Of a stretch of 64,000 bases of DNA, positions 38,497 to 51,953 are shown one piece after another. The position numbers were made by a program, and so were the translations under genes. Origin of the DNA: Saccostrea cucullata (taxonomy: Eukaryota); assembly GCF_032062105.1 (NCBI RefSeq), contig NW_026933830.1, forward strand, positions 186,001 to 250,000, written 5' to 3'. Below the pieces are notes generated by a model that ran no database searches, was not told the origin of the DNA, and saw nothing but the letters and a program-made list of their open reading frames with translations. How positions within the stretch are numbered: position 1 is the first letter of the stretch; each line of letters starts with the position of its first letter.

Positions 38497-38616
38497 GGGG
38501 ACCATAAAACTTAGATGAGCTCACTTTTGATCTCAGTCTCACTTTTTTCCAAAGGAATTAAAAGTGGAAAAGTGAGACTGAGATCAAAAGTGAGCTTGTC
38601 TAAGTTTTATGGCCCC
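38497..38616. mobile_element. Hairpin MITE (stem of about 50 bp)
   Basis: ggggaccataaaacttagatgagctcacttttgatctcagtctcactttt pairs with aaaagtgagactgagatcaaaagtgagcttgtctaagttttatggcccc. Confidence 0.8.
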
Positions 38617-39805
38617 AAAGCCAGTTCATACATGTAACACTTCTACATACGTGCATATTTTACCTTCAAAATTATTGACAAAATACGTGCATTTATTTTT
38701 AAAAGATATGTATAAGCTTTTTGAGTTAGTAATTTCAAAGTTATCGTGCTTATTATATTGTCGACTCGTGTCTGATAGCTACTATATTTTTTTTTTACCA
38801 GTTTTTATTCAATATGCATGATTATAAACTTTTATTTTTACGCATTTTTAAAAAAAAAATTAAATCGGATTTAATCCAATAAAATGATTCTATTCTATCA
38901 CCAAAAATTAACTTTTAATGCCCTCATTACTAGTATTTATTTATGGAGAACACCGTCATACAATGGCAAAATGTCGAAATTATTGATAAAAATTAAATGA
39001 CTTCATTTATTTTTATTGTAAAGAAATGTCATTACCGGTATTATATTCAATATCTCAAAAAAAAAAAATGCTATATATGATTTAAGGAATTAGTCCGACT
39101 GACATAAGGAGGATATTTATAAATACAATGTAAAATTGTACTATATACTAGGGTTGTCCCAGAAAACGTGAACTTTGTATACCCGGGTACATTAGATTTG
39201 AAATATATTTCTGACTACAATCTAATTCTTAACCATGCACCTACTGCTATCTAGAACGTGTGCACATTTTTCACCAGAACTTAAAAGTAAAGAAGAAAGA
39301 TTTTTCCATAAAAAAATAGAACCAACTTATAGATTAACTGCATGTGACAAACGTGCTGCTTCTGTTTTTCCTAAGTCGAAATTTCCAGAGAATTTTGTGG
39401 GACGACCATTTGATTCTGGAATGGGGGGGGATGCGATTTTCATGTCGGTGAAGGACGGATTATTTATTTCCAATGGCAGTATTAATTATTTATAATCCTC
39501 TTCGCCTATGAAATTCTAACAAGCAAAAAGAAAAAATAAATAAATAAAATTAAAAAAAAAAAGAAATAAAACACCGTCGACAACTCTTATTCGTGGGATG
39601 GGGTGGGGGCAGATTATTTATTTCCTTCCAGTAGAGGACAGATTATTTATTTCCAAAATGACTCAGCTCCTTTATCGGCCCCCCTTTCAGAATCAAATGA
39701 TCATCCCCTAAGAAACTAAAAGCAAGTCTTTACGATGTCGCATGGGTTTTGTGTTATTGCAGATTTATTACATCGCAAATTGAATTAAAGGCCTTTGCTG
39801 TAATT

Positions 39806-40093
39806 TATAATTTACCCAGCTTTGCAGTCGCAATAAGTTTCTGTAATTTGCTTTTTTTCCTTCGTCGACAGCTAACAGTATGATGGAACTCGGACTTTCT
39901 CACGCTTCGATAGTTTTCTCAGACAGGGATAATACGGAATAATTTTTGAATATTTGAGTGATTGAATATATATACCCATTGTAAAAGCATTTGCCCTTTG
40001 TTTTTGTCTAAAAGTGGGTTCGTATGGCAAATACTTTGCAACAAAATCATCAGGAACTTCGGACAAGTCAACCGGCGTCGACTTACTCGCCAT
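39806..40093 (-). pseudogene. Frameshifted relic of a transposon ORF with a SWIM-type zinc-finger start
   Basis: MASKSTPVDLSEVPDDFVAKYL..QKQRANAF..YIQSLKY, then in shifted frames YRSVRKSE and QITETYCDCKAG followed by a gtaaat donor. Confidence 0.5.
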
Positions 40094-40379
40094 GTTGATG
40101 ATGTCGGAGCGCCATTGGAGTTATCTCCCATTGCGCGATGGGCGGGGTTTGGCGATACGTTAATTATAAATAGAAATTCAGAAACATCGTCATACACTGC
40201 ATTTGGTTATTGCTAACAGAAAATTATTTCCATTTTTAGAAATATCAAGTTGATATGCATTTCAGAATCTATAATTAGTAACACAAGTCTTAATGCTGTT
40301 ATATACTTGATCATGTGATCAAGTGTGAGCTAATCAGAGAGCTTGGAATAAACGAGAAAAATAATATGATACTAATGTT

Positions 40380-41030
40380 CAGTAAAATATTGCATTCCAT
40401 TCCGCTTACAATATGACCAATAATTATAAAAGCATACTGAATTATTATTGGCTATGGAGTACTGGATATTCTTTGTGAAATAATATATGGAATACCGAAG
40501 TAAATTCTAAATGATAATATACATAGTATTTCATCGTATGTGTTTGATATTGTATGATATTGTCTATATTGACTAATGCACTTTTCATATTGACTATGAA
40601 ATATTGCACTTTCTGAAATTGTCTTTGGAATATTGCATTCTTTTAAACATTGAATAAGAAATATTACATTCTCTTTGATATTGTCTATTGAAGATTGCTT
40701 TTTGTATATATAACATTTGGAATTTGCAAAATGGATATTGTATATGTGGATTACTGTATTCCATATTTTATTTCTAATGATTCATTACCATTTAGCTGGC
40801 ATTCTGATTTAAATGCCTGTAGAGTATCGTTTTCTGTTTGATATTGTTAATTGAATACATGTATATTTTGCATTTTGTTCGATATGGTCTATGGATTATT
40901 GCATTCTGAATTGTCTACGTAATATTATATATACTGAATTATATTATCAATGGAATATTGCATACTGAATATTTTTAATCAAATTTTGCATTCTGTATGG
41001 TTTTATTAAAGAAATTTTGAATACTGTAGT
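40380..41030 (+). repeat. Degenerate AT-rich tandem repeat (aatattgcattc...gatattgtctatgg)
   Basis: Recurring motif with heavy divergence. Confidence 0.55.
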
Positions 41031-41587
41031 TAAGGCCACTCTGTTTCGTAATCTTTATTAGGTTGGCCAAGGCAATGTATATCTTTGTAAAATAGATTAT
41101 TCCCTAAATGAATTCACATTCTTCTTTACTATTAAAGAAAACTTTGATAACTGGTCATTTTAGAAGAGCTTGGGGAAAATATCGACGAGTGCTTTAGATG
41201 TTGTAGTATTTGCCAGTGATGTATTTTTTATTTACCGTCTCTTGGCAAATAATCCCCCATATATTCATCCGCGGCAATCATCAGATCGAAGTACAAGATC
41301 TACAAAAGTTATGAATTACTCTAAAGATAAATCTGTTCTATTTAGATAGAAATGGATTCAAAAGAATAAAGCTGCTTTAATAGTTTGACAAATCATGGAC
41401 TAATGATTGGTTAATAAATCAGCAGTGCAGGAGGTTCTTATACATTGATCTAAAAATAAAAAGCTCAAACTGCTACATGTATGAGTATGGAGCATCTCAC
41501 TCGAACAATCTTAATGTCGTGAAAATATGGTTATAATTAATGAGCTGCAAACTCATTGTTTTTGCGAAGTGTAGTTAGATTTTCAGA

Positions 41588-43200
41588 ATGGGAAACATTT
41601 CTTCATTTCAGACAGAACTTCTGATTCTGTTTTCAGTTCTGCCACTGCCGTTCGTTGCTGGTGAGTACGATTAGGTTTTCTATTACTTCTGAAAGAAAGC
41701 TAACATGTTATCGTGATCAGGGTATAGTTTTAGATGAAAAGTCAACTATTATAGGTATACTAGTATCTTTTCAAATTGCAATCGCATTCGTAATATGACT
41801 GGTTTTTTTTCTTCAGAGTATTTAGAGACTACTTTTTCCAAAGTGACATCCCTAAGTAATAAGAAAGCGATCTCTAACTTGCTCTGGCAAAGGTCCGGAA
41901 GTAAGATGGCGTGTCTGGCGGCATGTGCCACGGACAGTAGGTGCGTGTCCATCTTCCTGGACGGACAGTCCTACTGCAGCGGACATCACGTGATTTATAC
42001 AACTACCAGCACAATGCAAACCTCGCCAGGCCTCGTGTACTACGAAATACAAGGTACTCAAAATTATATCTGTAACTTAAAACAGAATTTCGTAAATAGT
42101 TTTCCTTCAATCCCCCAAAGTTCATAGTTGCTCTCCATGTTATTTGAACTTTACATTTTTAAAAGAATTGCAGAGTTCCAGGAATGTTTCAGTTTCAGTG
42201 AAAACATAATTGAAAACCTTATTCTATTAAATATCAAAGTATCTTTCTGACTTATTTGAGATGTCCATTTGATTTTGTCCAGATCCTGCCAGTAAGCTTG
42301 GCTGTGTAGCAGTGCCAGGTGATACCGGATATTGCGTCAGATTAAACGTTACTAAATTGTCGTGGCCCGACCAGGTCCTGGCCTGTCAGACAGAAAACAT
42401 GAGGCTAGCCTCACTGACCACTGACCTCAGGGTCACGTTTGTCCAGAGTTACCTGCTAGGGATTGGTGAGTATAATTATTATATATACAGAATGTTTACT
42501 TCACTGACCATCGACAACATGCATGCATGGTCAAATTTACACAGAACTACCTTTTGAGAATCTGAAGTTTAATATTTTTGTACAAATAAAATATATGGAG
42601 GTAACGAACAGTATTCAAGATCAAAAGTCAAATAAACAAAACAACATATGAGTAGAGCAAATACGGACCTCCGAAACATCAGAGTTGGGATCAGGTGCCA
42701 CGGAGGAGTGAGCATCCCCTGGCGACCGGTCACATCCGCCGTGTGCTCCTTGTCATGATCGGGAAATAACGGGAAAATCCGTCGCCAATTCAGTGTGTAA
42801 GTAATGCTTTCGGTTTTTAATTAAGGTCTATTCTGAAGGAACCACAACTTTCACTTGCAGAGTACAGAGCGCTTGGAGAAGGAAATTGTTTGGCTAGCTC
42901 TAAATTATGGTTCAGTTTACAGGGTTGTAGTTTATTTCTTCCAGGGTTGTAATTTATTTATTTCTCACAGGGCACTCCCAGGCGGTGACAGTCGGGGCTT
43001 ATTTGACTTCCGGGACGTGGTATTGGATGTCGGGGGACCTTCTGTCGCCTGTCTCCCCCCATTGGGGCCCCAGTGAACCCACATCCGGTCCGGGGGAGGA
43101 GTGTGTCATCATGGCGTTCGCTATTGGGTTTCAGTTCAACGACGGTCAGTGTGCCACACTGAAAACATTTCTCTGTGATATGTCCTATATAGCGATTTAA
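41588..43200 (+). CDS. Secreted C-type lectin domain protein with an N-terminal PAN/apple-like domain
   Basis: Exons 41588-41660 (signal peptide), 41817-42053 (SKMACLAACATDSRCVSIF..C, PAN-like), 42283-42465 (YCVRL..LSWPDQVLACQTENMRLASL), 42971-43200 (VGAYL..WYW..HWGPSEPT..EECV..FNDGQC..FLC). All introns are phase 1 with canonical splice sites. Confidence 0.85.
42630..42750 (-). mobile_element. Fragment of a common bivalve interspersed repeat (possibly Penelope-associated)
   Basis: Minus strand gtgaccggtcgccaggggatgctcactcctccgtggcacctgatccca; recognised from memory only. Confidence 0.4.
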
Positions 43201-43913
43201 GTGATATTCCAGTCAGAATATCGAAATTTTTATTTTAAACACTGCTTTTTTTTCATTCCACTAGCATTCTTATGTTAATGTACAATGTATCTGTACTTCG
43301 TATTGAATACGTTTGTTCTCTATCTGTTCATGTTTTGTATTAATTTGTGGAAGGAAATACGATACACTTTGTCTAAAGATTAAAAAACAAGTGATGGGAT
43401 TATCGTTGTAAGACGAATGATCCTTGATCTGTTCTTGTTCGTTTGTTTACTGTTAACTGGTTACTGAACTACAGGACCTTCTCTCACGATTCGCTACCTT
43501 TGGAATTTATTGTCCAGTTTTAAATTAATGAATCACTTCGAGTTAATTTCCGTAATTAGTTTCTAGAAGGAGGATTGCATTGATTAGTTAATTGGATCAG
43601 TGTTTACCGTGGTAGATTTATAAGACAGGATCAATAGATATTGTTACTTATTCTCAGACTTGGGAAAATCAAAAAGCCGTGTCCTGTTATTCCGGGGAGA
43701 AATTCTTGTAATCCTTCGTGAATATATAGCGGTATGAAAAGAGACACAAGAGTATTTTTCCCGGCAAGCATTTTTTAAAAGAATACTAGTATATTTATTT
43801 ATTCATAAATTGGAGATCAAGAATATTTTTTCTTGGATTGATTGACAGTGAAGAGGGAATAACAATTAATGTAAATAGCATTGATATCTTTCTGTGTAAT
43901 TATATTGCTGATA

Positions 43914-44205
43914 TGATTGATTGATTGATTGTATGTTGTTTAACGTCCCTCTCGAGAATTTTTCACTTATATGGAGACACCACCATTTGCCGATGGAGAG
44001 CTGCAAATTTTGTCCTATACTCGGCACGTCGGACCATTGAGCAGGGATGGATCTTTTGTGCCAGCACCTACTGCGACACGGGACCTCTGTTTATACGATC
44101 TCATCCGAAGGATCGGTCTCCACGTCCGTAAGGACCAGTAAGACGCTCGGCTGTCTCCACGGGTAAATCTCCGTGGTTGCACGAGACTACTGTGCCACGC
44201 GGGCG
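43914..44205 (-). mobile_element. tRNA-derived SINE with (CAAT)n tail
   Basis: Reverse complement of the 16693 SINE body (ggacaaaatttgcagctctcc, tgctggcac, gagggacgttaaac) with tgattgattgattg tail. Confidence 0.75.
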
Positions 44206-44739
44206 ACATATTGCTGATTTGAGGTCAATACGATGAACTAGCCAACCGAGGTCGGAGGAGTACATTATTCATCGAGCAAGAAACCCCGAAGTCAAAGAGT
44301 TAAAAAAAATCCAATTAACTAGTTTTGCAGGCACGTAGAGTGGGGGCTGTCCCCTTTTTTCCAGACATAACTTATATAAAATGTTCATCGAAAGTCCTCT
44401 TAACCCCCTCAACTCATTTTCTTCGAAGTATACAAATGTTATACAAGTGGTATATATATGAATAAAAAGATAGTGTTGCTGAAAGACGTTTTGAGTCGGG
44501 CCATTTCTAGCCGGGAGTGGGCAAACACACATTTTTTAAAGAACTGAAAAAAATGGATATACACTGTATTTATCATTAACGCGTTGAAAAAAATTCTTTT
44601 CTTCAAATTGTTATCATACTCTCCACAGATATCAGATTTCAGGATACAAGTAGGTTTTTTTCCTTTTTTTTTAGGGTGGGTGGGTGTTTTTTTAAAAATC
44701 CATTTTTTAGTTTCATAAAATTCTAAGAAGCAGGGGGAG

Positions 44740-44897
44740 AGTGTTTAACGTCCCCCTCGAGATTTTTTATTAACAATATGATGGTGCTGGGTTATAAGCC
44801 AAAGGACCGGTCACCACGTCTCGCAGTGGATTCGAACCTGCGACTGGAGATAAAAGTAGATTAAACGCTCTTCTAGAACCACAGCGCCACGCGGGCG
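44740..44897 (-). mobile_element. Internally deleted SINE copy
   Basis: tttaacgtccccctcgag...ggattcgaacc (B box)...gccacgcgggcg, shared with 43914-44205. Confidence 0.65.
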
Positions 44898-45064
44898 ACA
44901 GCAGGAACGTAGCAACCCCCCCCCCCTTTTTCCCCAACATTACTTTTACTATTGAAAACGTTCATTGAAAGGCTGGTCTCCCCCCCCCCCCTTTCCGACT
45001 TTATACTACCGTAAAGAAGTTGGCATTGAACAAGTTTGCCTCTAGCCCTCTACCCCCTTCAAAC

Positions 45065-45108
<44 letters not shown>

Positions 45109-45242
45109 TCGAAAGGATTTTCGAATTTTAGCAACTCTCCTTTTTTTGCTTGTCAACTTGTTCAGGTAGGTAAAAAAAATTTTTGGAAATAATAACGCTT
45201 GCGATTTTTCCGGAGAAATATTTTCCGTCTTTTATTAAAATT

Positions 45243-45252
45243 GTCACGTGAC
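45243..45252. promoter_or_regulatory. Palindromic E-box GTCACGTGAC (USF/MiT-TFE CLEAR-type motif) 17 bp upstream of the TOMM70 ATG
   Basis: Exact 10-bp palindrome at the gene start; function is inferred only. Confidence 0.45.
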
Positions 45253-45268
45253 ACTTTGGGTAATAAAC

Positions 45269-48200
45269 ATGGCAGCCGCCAGACGTATCGGCGTGGAAGT
45301 CCCTACGGAAACCACGAACGACGCGTGGCCGAAATGGAAAATCGGCCTGGCTGTGGGTGCCCCTATCGCAGTAGTCCTAGGTGGACTGTGGTATGTCAGG
45401 AAACGCAGACAAAACCAGACCCAAAAGAAGAGAGACGAAAACAAAAGTAAAACCGAGACTACGAAAGCGAAAGCAGCAAATCCAGCTTCACAAGGCAGTG
45501 AAAAGCCTGAAAAGGTTATTTGCTTGTTATCGAATTCCTTTAGTTTTGATTATTTTGATGAATGTAGAAATAAAAATTACTTAAAAAATCAGAAGCTGTG
45601 ACCTTCACAGTTAGATCAGGCCCAGTTCAAAGACAATGTTTTTCTTTTCCTGCTATATTTTTAGTTTATTAAATATTTATAGGCCTAATCAATTAAGAAG
45701 CTTGATTTGCGGACTTTTTAAAGGAAATTGCTTTTAGATAATCATAAATATGAAGATAATGTTTTTATTTATTTTTGATAATGATGTAGCAGTCTATCCC
45801 AAAAACACCAGTCCGTCGGACAAAACAGGTGAAAATCTTATTGGTCTGATGCACAGACTAGTAAACTCGGTCTGATTGTCCGAGGTTTGTTTTGCTTGTG
45901 TTTTAAATTTTATATTTTCTATATCATCATATGGACGCTTTAACTAATACCAAAACACATTATTTAAAACATTTTATCAATCGTGATTGTTTTATTAAAA
46001 CCTACTTCTGCCACAATGTTTCTAAAATAGTTCGATAGTACAGTACCAGGAAAGAAATAGAAACATTTCAGGTATATTTTAATGTGTAATTTGTTTATTA
46101 ATTCATAATTATTATAAAGAAACATCGTTATTATCATTATGATCAAAGTTTTGGACTGATGAAAACTTGTTTGGTCCTGTGAAATTGTTTTAATTGTCTG
46201 TCCGAATGTCCTGTGAGGATTTTTCTTTTTCGCGAAGACTGATGTAGAATCTAGTGCAGATTGCAGAATAGCCTGTGTGTTGGGACACACCGGCACCCTT
46301 ACCACTAGCGAGGCAGTGCAAGTTCCCTATAATTATACTGTCTGCTACACTATGTCATTACACATAGACTAGCAATGGCTGTCCCTTTTTATTTTAGCTT
46401 GCCATCTCATCATGAAAAATTCTGTTATTAAATAGGGTCCATAGAATAATAATATTTTAAAGATTAGAGAAATTTTAAATCTAAAATTAAATTCTTAAAT
46501 TGAAATATTTAATATCTTAAGTAAAAAAGAGAGATTAATTAAGTTTGGGGACCTTTCAAGACTCATTCAAGTATGAAACAGAATTTTAATGACATGCATA
46601 CATGAACATCCAAGAACATTCATCAATAAACTTCTTTCCAATAAATGTGTCCCAAGTAATATAAGCTACATATTTGAATGCCTGATTAACTGTTCTTCTT
46701 ATAAACTTATTCAAGTACACACTAAAATATGATTAAAGCAACTACTTTTATTATCCTGACCCTACATACAATAATTCTTAATTCCATTAATCAGTTAATG
46801 AAGAGAATTGTGATGAATTTTCAGTGTGTTGATTTAATATGCACATTTCTAGTATGAAACAGAGGTCTTGTAAGATGAAGGGCAGTGTAATGATTGTACT
46901 ACATTGAGGACATTTTAGTACTGTAACAATAAGATCAGTGTTAACTAGAATGTTAACTTTGTATATTTGTTATTTTTCACAGGAGTTGACTCCCAGTGAA
47001 CAGGCACAGGCAGAAAAAAACAAGGGAAATAAATACTTCAAGGGAGGGAAATATGACCAGGCCATTAACTGTTACACCAACGCCATCAAAATGTGTCCCC
47101 CGGGCGACAAAGAGGCTCTGTCCACGTTTTATCACAACAGAGCAGCTGCTTACGAAAAACTGGTTAGAAGTTTGTGTAAATTCCATCTCATTTCTTCTTA
47201 AATTACCGGGTATTAAGATGTAAACAAGTAAATGAAGTTACTATTAGATAAGAATAAAGCTTGTAACTATTCTGAAATATAACAGAGTATTGTATCTTAT
47301 GAAAGTAAGACTTATCCTTTGTTTTGCTTTGTAGAAAAATACCAAGATGGTGATAGATGACTGTAACGAGGCATTACGTTTGAATCCTAAATACCAGAAG
47401 GCTCTGTCACGCAGGGCTTTAGCATGTGAACAAAGTGGGGACCTAACTCAAGCTTTGGAAGGTGAGCTTCCTTCTACTTACTTAGACAACAATATATTTA
47501 TCTCCTGGACGAACAGCAAATGTCTTTGGTAGTTTTAATGCCAGTAGTTATCTTTCTACTATGTCATTAGAAAATTACCCCAGAGTCAATGATTCTGGAT
47601 TTTTTGATCACATATAAAAAATGCAATATATCATAAAATAAAAAATTTCTTTAGTCCTGGGCAAATAAAAGGCAGGCTTTATTGATAAGATAGTGAAAAT
47701 AAATTCTGCACCAAATTATAAGATCCATTCACTTGAGTCCAAAGTCCCAAAGTCCCATTATTTAGATCCAAGGCGTATAGGGTCTGTCTGTCTGTCTGTT
47801 TGTTTGTCCCCAAACTTTAACCTTCGCCATAACTTTTGAACCATGAAAGGTAGAGACTTAATATTTGATATGCATACTCCACTAATTATGCTCTTTCAAA
47901 TGACACCATGGTCAATGACCTTGGGACCTTGACTGTGACCTATATGCTAAAAATAGCTTTTTTCGAACTTTGTTGCTGCCGGGCGCATAGTGTTTCACAA
48001 ACACATCTTGTTATACCTCTTAAGTACCAGACAGGCAGCATGTGATGAACTGCACATTAATGTGTACTATAATGTGTATTCCTTAGATGTGACTGCAGTG
48101 TGTATCTTGGAGGGGTTCCAGAACCCCCAGTCTCTGATGACTGCTGACCGAGTCCTAAAAACTCTTGGACAAACCAAGGCCAAGGAGGCATTCAAGGTGA

Positions 48201-51200
48201 AAAATAAAACGATTATCATGAAAAATAGCAGAGCTCCATCATTGTGAATATTTTTTACTCAATAACTGAAAAATTATGTATAATACAATATTCTACTAAA
48301 AACAACAGTTTTTCAATTTCATTTGGAAGTGCTTTCTTTTTCAAAGTAAAGAAATTCTTAAGTCTGTAATTTTTCTAGGTTTGAGATATGTTTGAAATGT
48401 GAGTGTGGAATGGTGTCAGTGCATGGAAGAGAGAACAAACTTTTTTTTTGTATTTTGCAGAAGAAGAAGCCAATGATTCCATCCAGGCAGTTTATCCGTA
48501 CTTACTTAAGGTCATTCCAAAATGACCCGGTCATAAATGCGGCCAAAGCCCTACAGACGCAGCAGAACGGACACTCAGAGGACGACAGTCCCTACCAGGG
48601 GGCGCTGCATAAGCTGGCCGCGGAGGAATACGAGGGGATCATCGACTGCTGCTCCAAGGAAATCGCAGCCAACACAGACAAAATGGTGGAGGCGAGGCTC
48701 CTAAGGGGAACCATGTATTTCCTGTGTAATCAACAAAAAGAGGCCCTAGAGGACTTCAACCAAGTGTTAGCTGCTGAAACACTAGACAAAAGGGTGAGTT
48801 AGTAAAAAAGTAGTTGTAAAGAATTTAGATGATTTTTAACCTTTTGGATCAGTTGAACATTATCATTATTTTGTTGATTTTCAGGTGAAGGTTAACGCCT
48901 TGATCAAGAGGGGAACTCTGTACATACAGCAGGAGAAACACACGGAGGGACTGGACGACTTCGCGACGGCCGTCAGAATTGACCCCGATAACGTAGATGT
49001 CTACCATCACCGGGGACATGTAAGTGTCAGAATCTTAGGAAAGCAAGGGAAAGGGGGAGGGTTATGAAATTTCCGAAACAATATTAAATATATGTTAAAT
49101 GTGTGTCAAAGGATTTCTGTGTGGGGGATGTCAACTGTTACCCAGATAACATGAATTACTTATAGATTATAGAGGATTTAATTTTATAGTATATAAATAT
49201 GTGGAGTACAGTGGAGCCTCATTTATCCGGACGCTTTGGTTCCTTGTCAATTTGTCCGGATATGTGAAGCATCTGGATATCTGAATTACCAATTAAACAA
49301 GACAATGTAACATTAAAATATTCTGTTTCGATGAAAAGTCATCCAGATAATGAAGCATCCGGATATCTGGCATCCGGATATCTGAAGGTCCACTGTATAT
49401 AAATATATGAAAAGAAATAACAGCTTTTTATTTAATGTTAACAGCACAACATTCAGTTAGACAGAATGGAGGATGCCATCCGAGATCTGGAGAATGCTAT
49501 CAGTAAAAGTACAACCTTCGCCCCCTCCCATGTACAAAAGTCATTTGCTGGTAAGATTACAATAATCCCCCCTCCCACGTCCAAAAGTCATTTGCTGGTA
49601 AGATGACTATAATTCCCCCTCCCACATACAAAAGTCATTTGCTGGTAAGATGACTATAATTCCCCCTCCCACATACAAAAGTCATTTGCTGGTAAGATGA
49701 CAATAATCCCCCCTCCCATGTACAAAAGTCATTTGCTGGTAAGATGACTATAATTCCCCCTCCCAGTACAAAAGTCATTTGCTGGTAAGATGACAATAAT
49801 CCCCCCTCCCACGTACAAAAGTCATTTGCTGGTAAGATGACAATAATCCCCCCTCCCACGTACAAAAGTCATTTGCTGGTAAGATGACAATAATCCCTTC
49901 TCCCACGTCCAAAAGTCATTTGCTGGTAAGATGACTATAATCCCCCCTCCCACGTACAAAAGTCATTTGCTGGTAAGATGACTATAATCCCCCCTCCCAA
50001 GTACAAAAGTCATTTGCTGGTAAGATGACTATAATTCCCCCTCCAAGTACAAAAGTCATTTGCTGGTAAGATGAAACCAACTATTGAGCATGTCAGTATA
50101 ATCCCCCCTCCATAATTACAAAAGTCACTATCACAATGTAAGATTGTTTACATAAAATGGTCTTTGGTAATACAAACGTAGATAAAAGTCATTTGCTGGT
50201 ATTACTGGATACTTGAAAGCTTTTCATATTTGTACCGTGTCATTACACAATCTGTACAAAAGTCATTTGCTGGTAAGATGAATCCTCTTCCTACATCCAG
50301 AAACCAACTATTGAGCATGTCAGTAAAATGTTTGTCAAACTACATGTAATTAGTTAGTATTGTTTTGTGTAGGCCTTTGCTGAAAAATTATTTGATGTAA
50401 TCATTGATGTTTTGTTCTTATCACAGTGTAGTTTGCAAAATCTCTGGAGCTGGAACCAGATAATGCTACAGCGGTCGTACATAGAGGGTAAATTGTTTAC
50501 ATAAAATGGTCTTTGGTAATACAAATGTAGATATATTGCATCTAGACAAAACTTTCTTGACTGTCGTTTATTACTGGATACTTGAAAGCTTTTCATATTT
50601 GTACACGACATTGTTTTAAATTACACAATCTGTTAAAAAAAAAACAGAGCAGTAAATTTGATATTGGCGACGAAAATGTTCTCTTGTTTTTTTGTTTTTT
50701 TTAATTGCCAGATGGTGGGGATGAACCTAAAAATATGACATTTTTTAAAAAGTCATTTCATTAATCAATTTGTCCTACAAACAATGTGTGGACATGTTCC
50801 CTGACTACGGAGAGGCCAGGGCCCTGTTATTGTAAATAATTCAGTGTAATTTACTAATTAAAGATAATTTGTCAAACTACATGTCAGTTTATGGATGGTG
50901 TATTAATGTACACATTTTTCAATTTTAATTGTGTAAAAGGCCTTTGCTGATTTAATCATTTGATGTTTTGTGTAAAAGGCCCTTCATATCCTAATAACAC
51001 TTTAGGAGGCTTGTTTAATCCAAATTATATTATTTCAAGCAAATAATCCTTTAGCTGGAACCAGATAATGCTACAGCGGTCGTACATAGAGGGTAAATAT
51101 AGGCACTCTTTATGCTTAAATGGTGGAACACAAATTTTTCCGTACATCAAAAAAATTCATCCTTTTAAAAAAAATTTAACAATTACATTTCTATCCTACA

Positions 51201-51953
51201 AATTTTTTTATACCAAGTTCAGTAGGCAAGCTTTTCATTTTGTAAAGATCAAAGGAAGAAAGATGCAGTTTTACATAGGATTAATATTAATTATGAGTAT
51301 TACAAGACAATGAAAAAAAACCCCAAAAAACCCAATGAAAAGTCTCTTCTGCTGTTGTCTATTTTGAAGCTAACTTCTTCACTAAAAACACAAAGCAAAC
51401 AGAAACTGATGAGGTTCTTGCACAATTTCAGATTATTACAGTTACAATGGAAACAAAACATACAGGAAGCCACCTCTATAATCAATAAAGCCATTGAGCT
51501 GGATCCCAAATGTGAATATGCATATGAAGTGTTAGGGACTCTGGAGGTCCAAAAGTAAGTTAAGCTGAATTCATAAAAGAGAGACAACTCTTACTTTGTT
51601 ATTAAGTAAATTTTATTCTATTTAGAGATGGTAAACTTATTGAATAGTAAGTTACAAATTTTAACCTAAAATGTGATAAAGGGCATTAAATTATTCCATT
51701 AATTGTGTTCTTTGAGTTTATATATAAACAGTTGTTTAGATTGAATCTCTGGTTTTGATCGTGCATCTGTTTTTTCAGGGGACCTGGTAGTATGGAGAAA
51801 GCCATTGAGTTGTTTCAGAAAGCAATATCTTTGTCCAAGACAGAATCCGAAATGGCACATCTCTTCTCCCTTTCTGATGCCGCTAAAGCACAGTTAAATG
51901 TCGCAAAGAAACTCGGCATTAATTTACCAAGTCTGTCCGGCATGAACAGCTGA
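45269..51953 (+). CDS. TOMM70: Mitochondrial import receptor subunit TOM70
   Basis: N-terminal anchor WPKWKIGLAVGAPIAVVLGGLWY; TPRs AEKNKGNKYFKGGKYDQAINCYT and FYHNRAAAYE; DVTAVCILEGFQN; NALIKRG; LLQLQWKQ..AIELDPKCEYAYE.LGTLEVQ; EMAHLFSL.DAA. Exons 45269-45514, 46983-47162, 47335-47461, 48087-48196, 48461-48793, 48885-49019, 49445-49550, [fragmented exons 50373-50487, about 50772-50830, 51053-51092], 51432-51554, 51779-51953. Confidence 0.95.
45790..46241. mobile_element. MITE with CAGTCT/AGACTG ends in TOMM70 intron 1
   Basis: ATGTAG direct repeat on both flanks; subterminal gtccgtcggacaa / ttgtctgtccga motifs. Confidence 0.55.
47770..48012 (+). mobile_element. HINE-like element, same family as 22174-22575
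   Basis: GTCT microsatellite, ccttcgccataac, and the identical 3' end gccgggcgcatagtgtttcacaaacacatcttgtt. Confidence 0.75.
49209..49395. mobile_element. Small Tc1/Tigger-like MITE (second copy)
   Basis: Near-identical to 8846-9020, TA flanks. Confidence 0.8.
49520..50075 (+). repeat. 47-bp splice-donor minisatellite in TOMM70 intron 7, about 12 copies
   Basis: Unit cccctcccacgtacaaaagtcatttgctg|gtaagatgacaataatc; donors at 49551, 49598, 49645 and onward. Confidence 0.95.
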
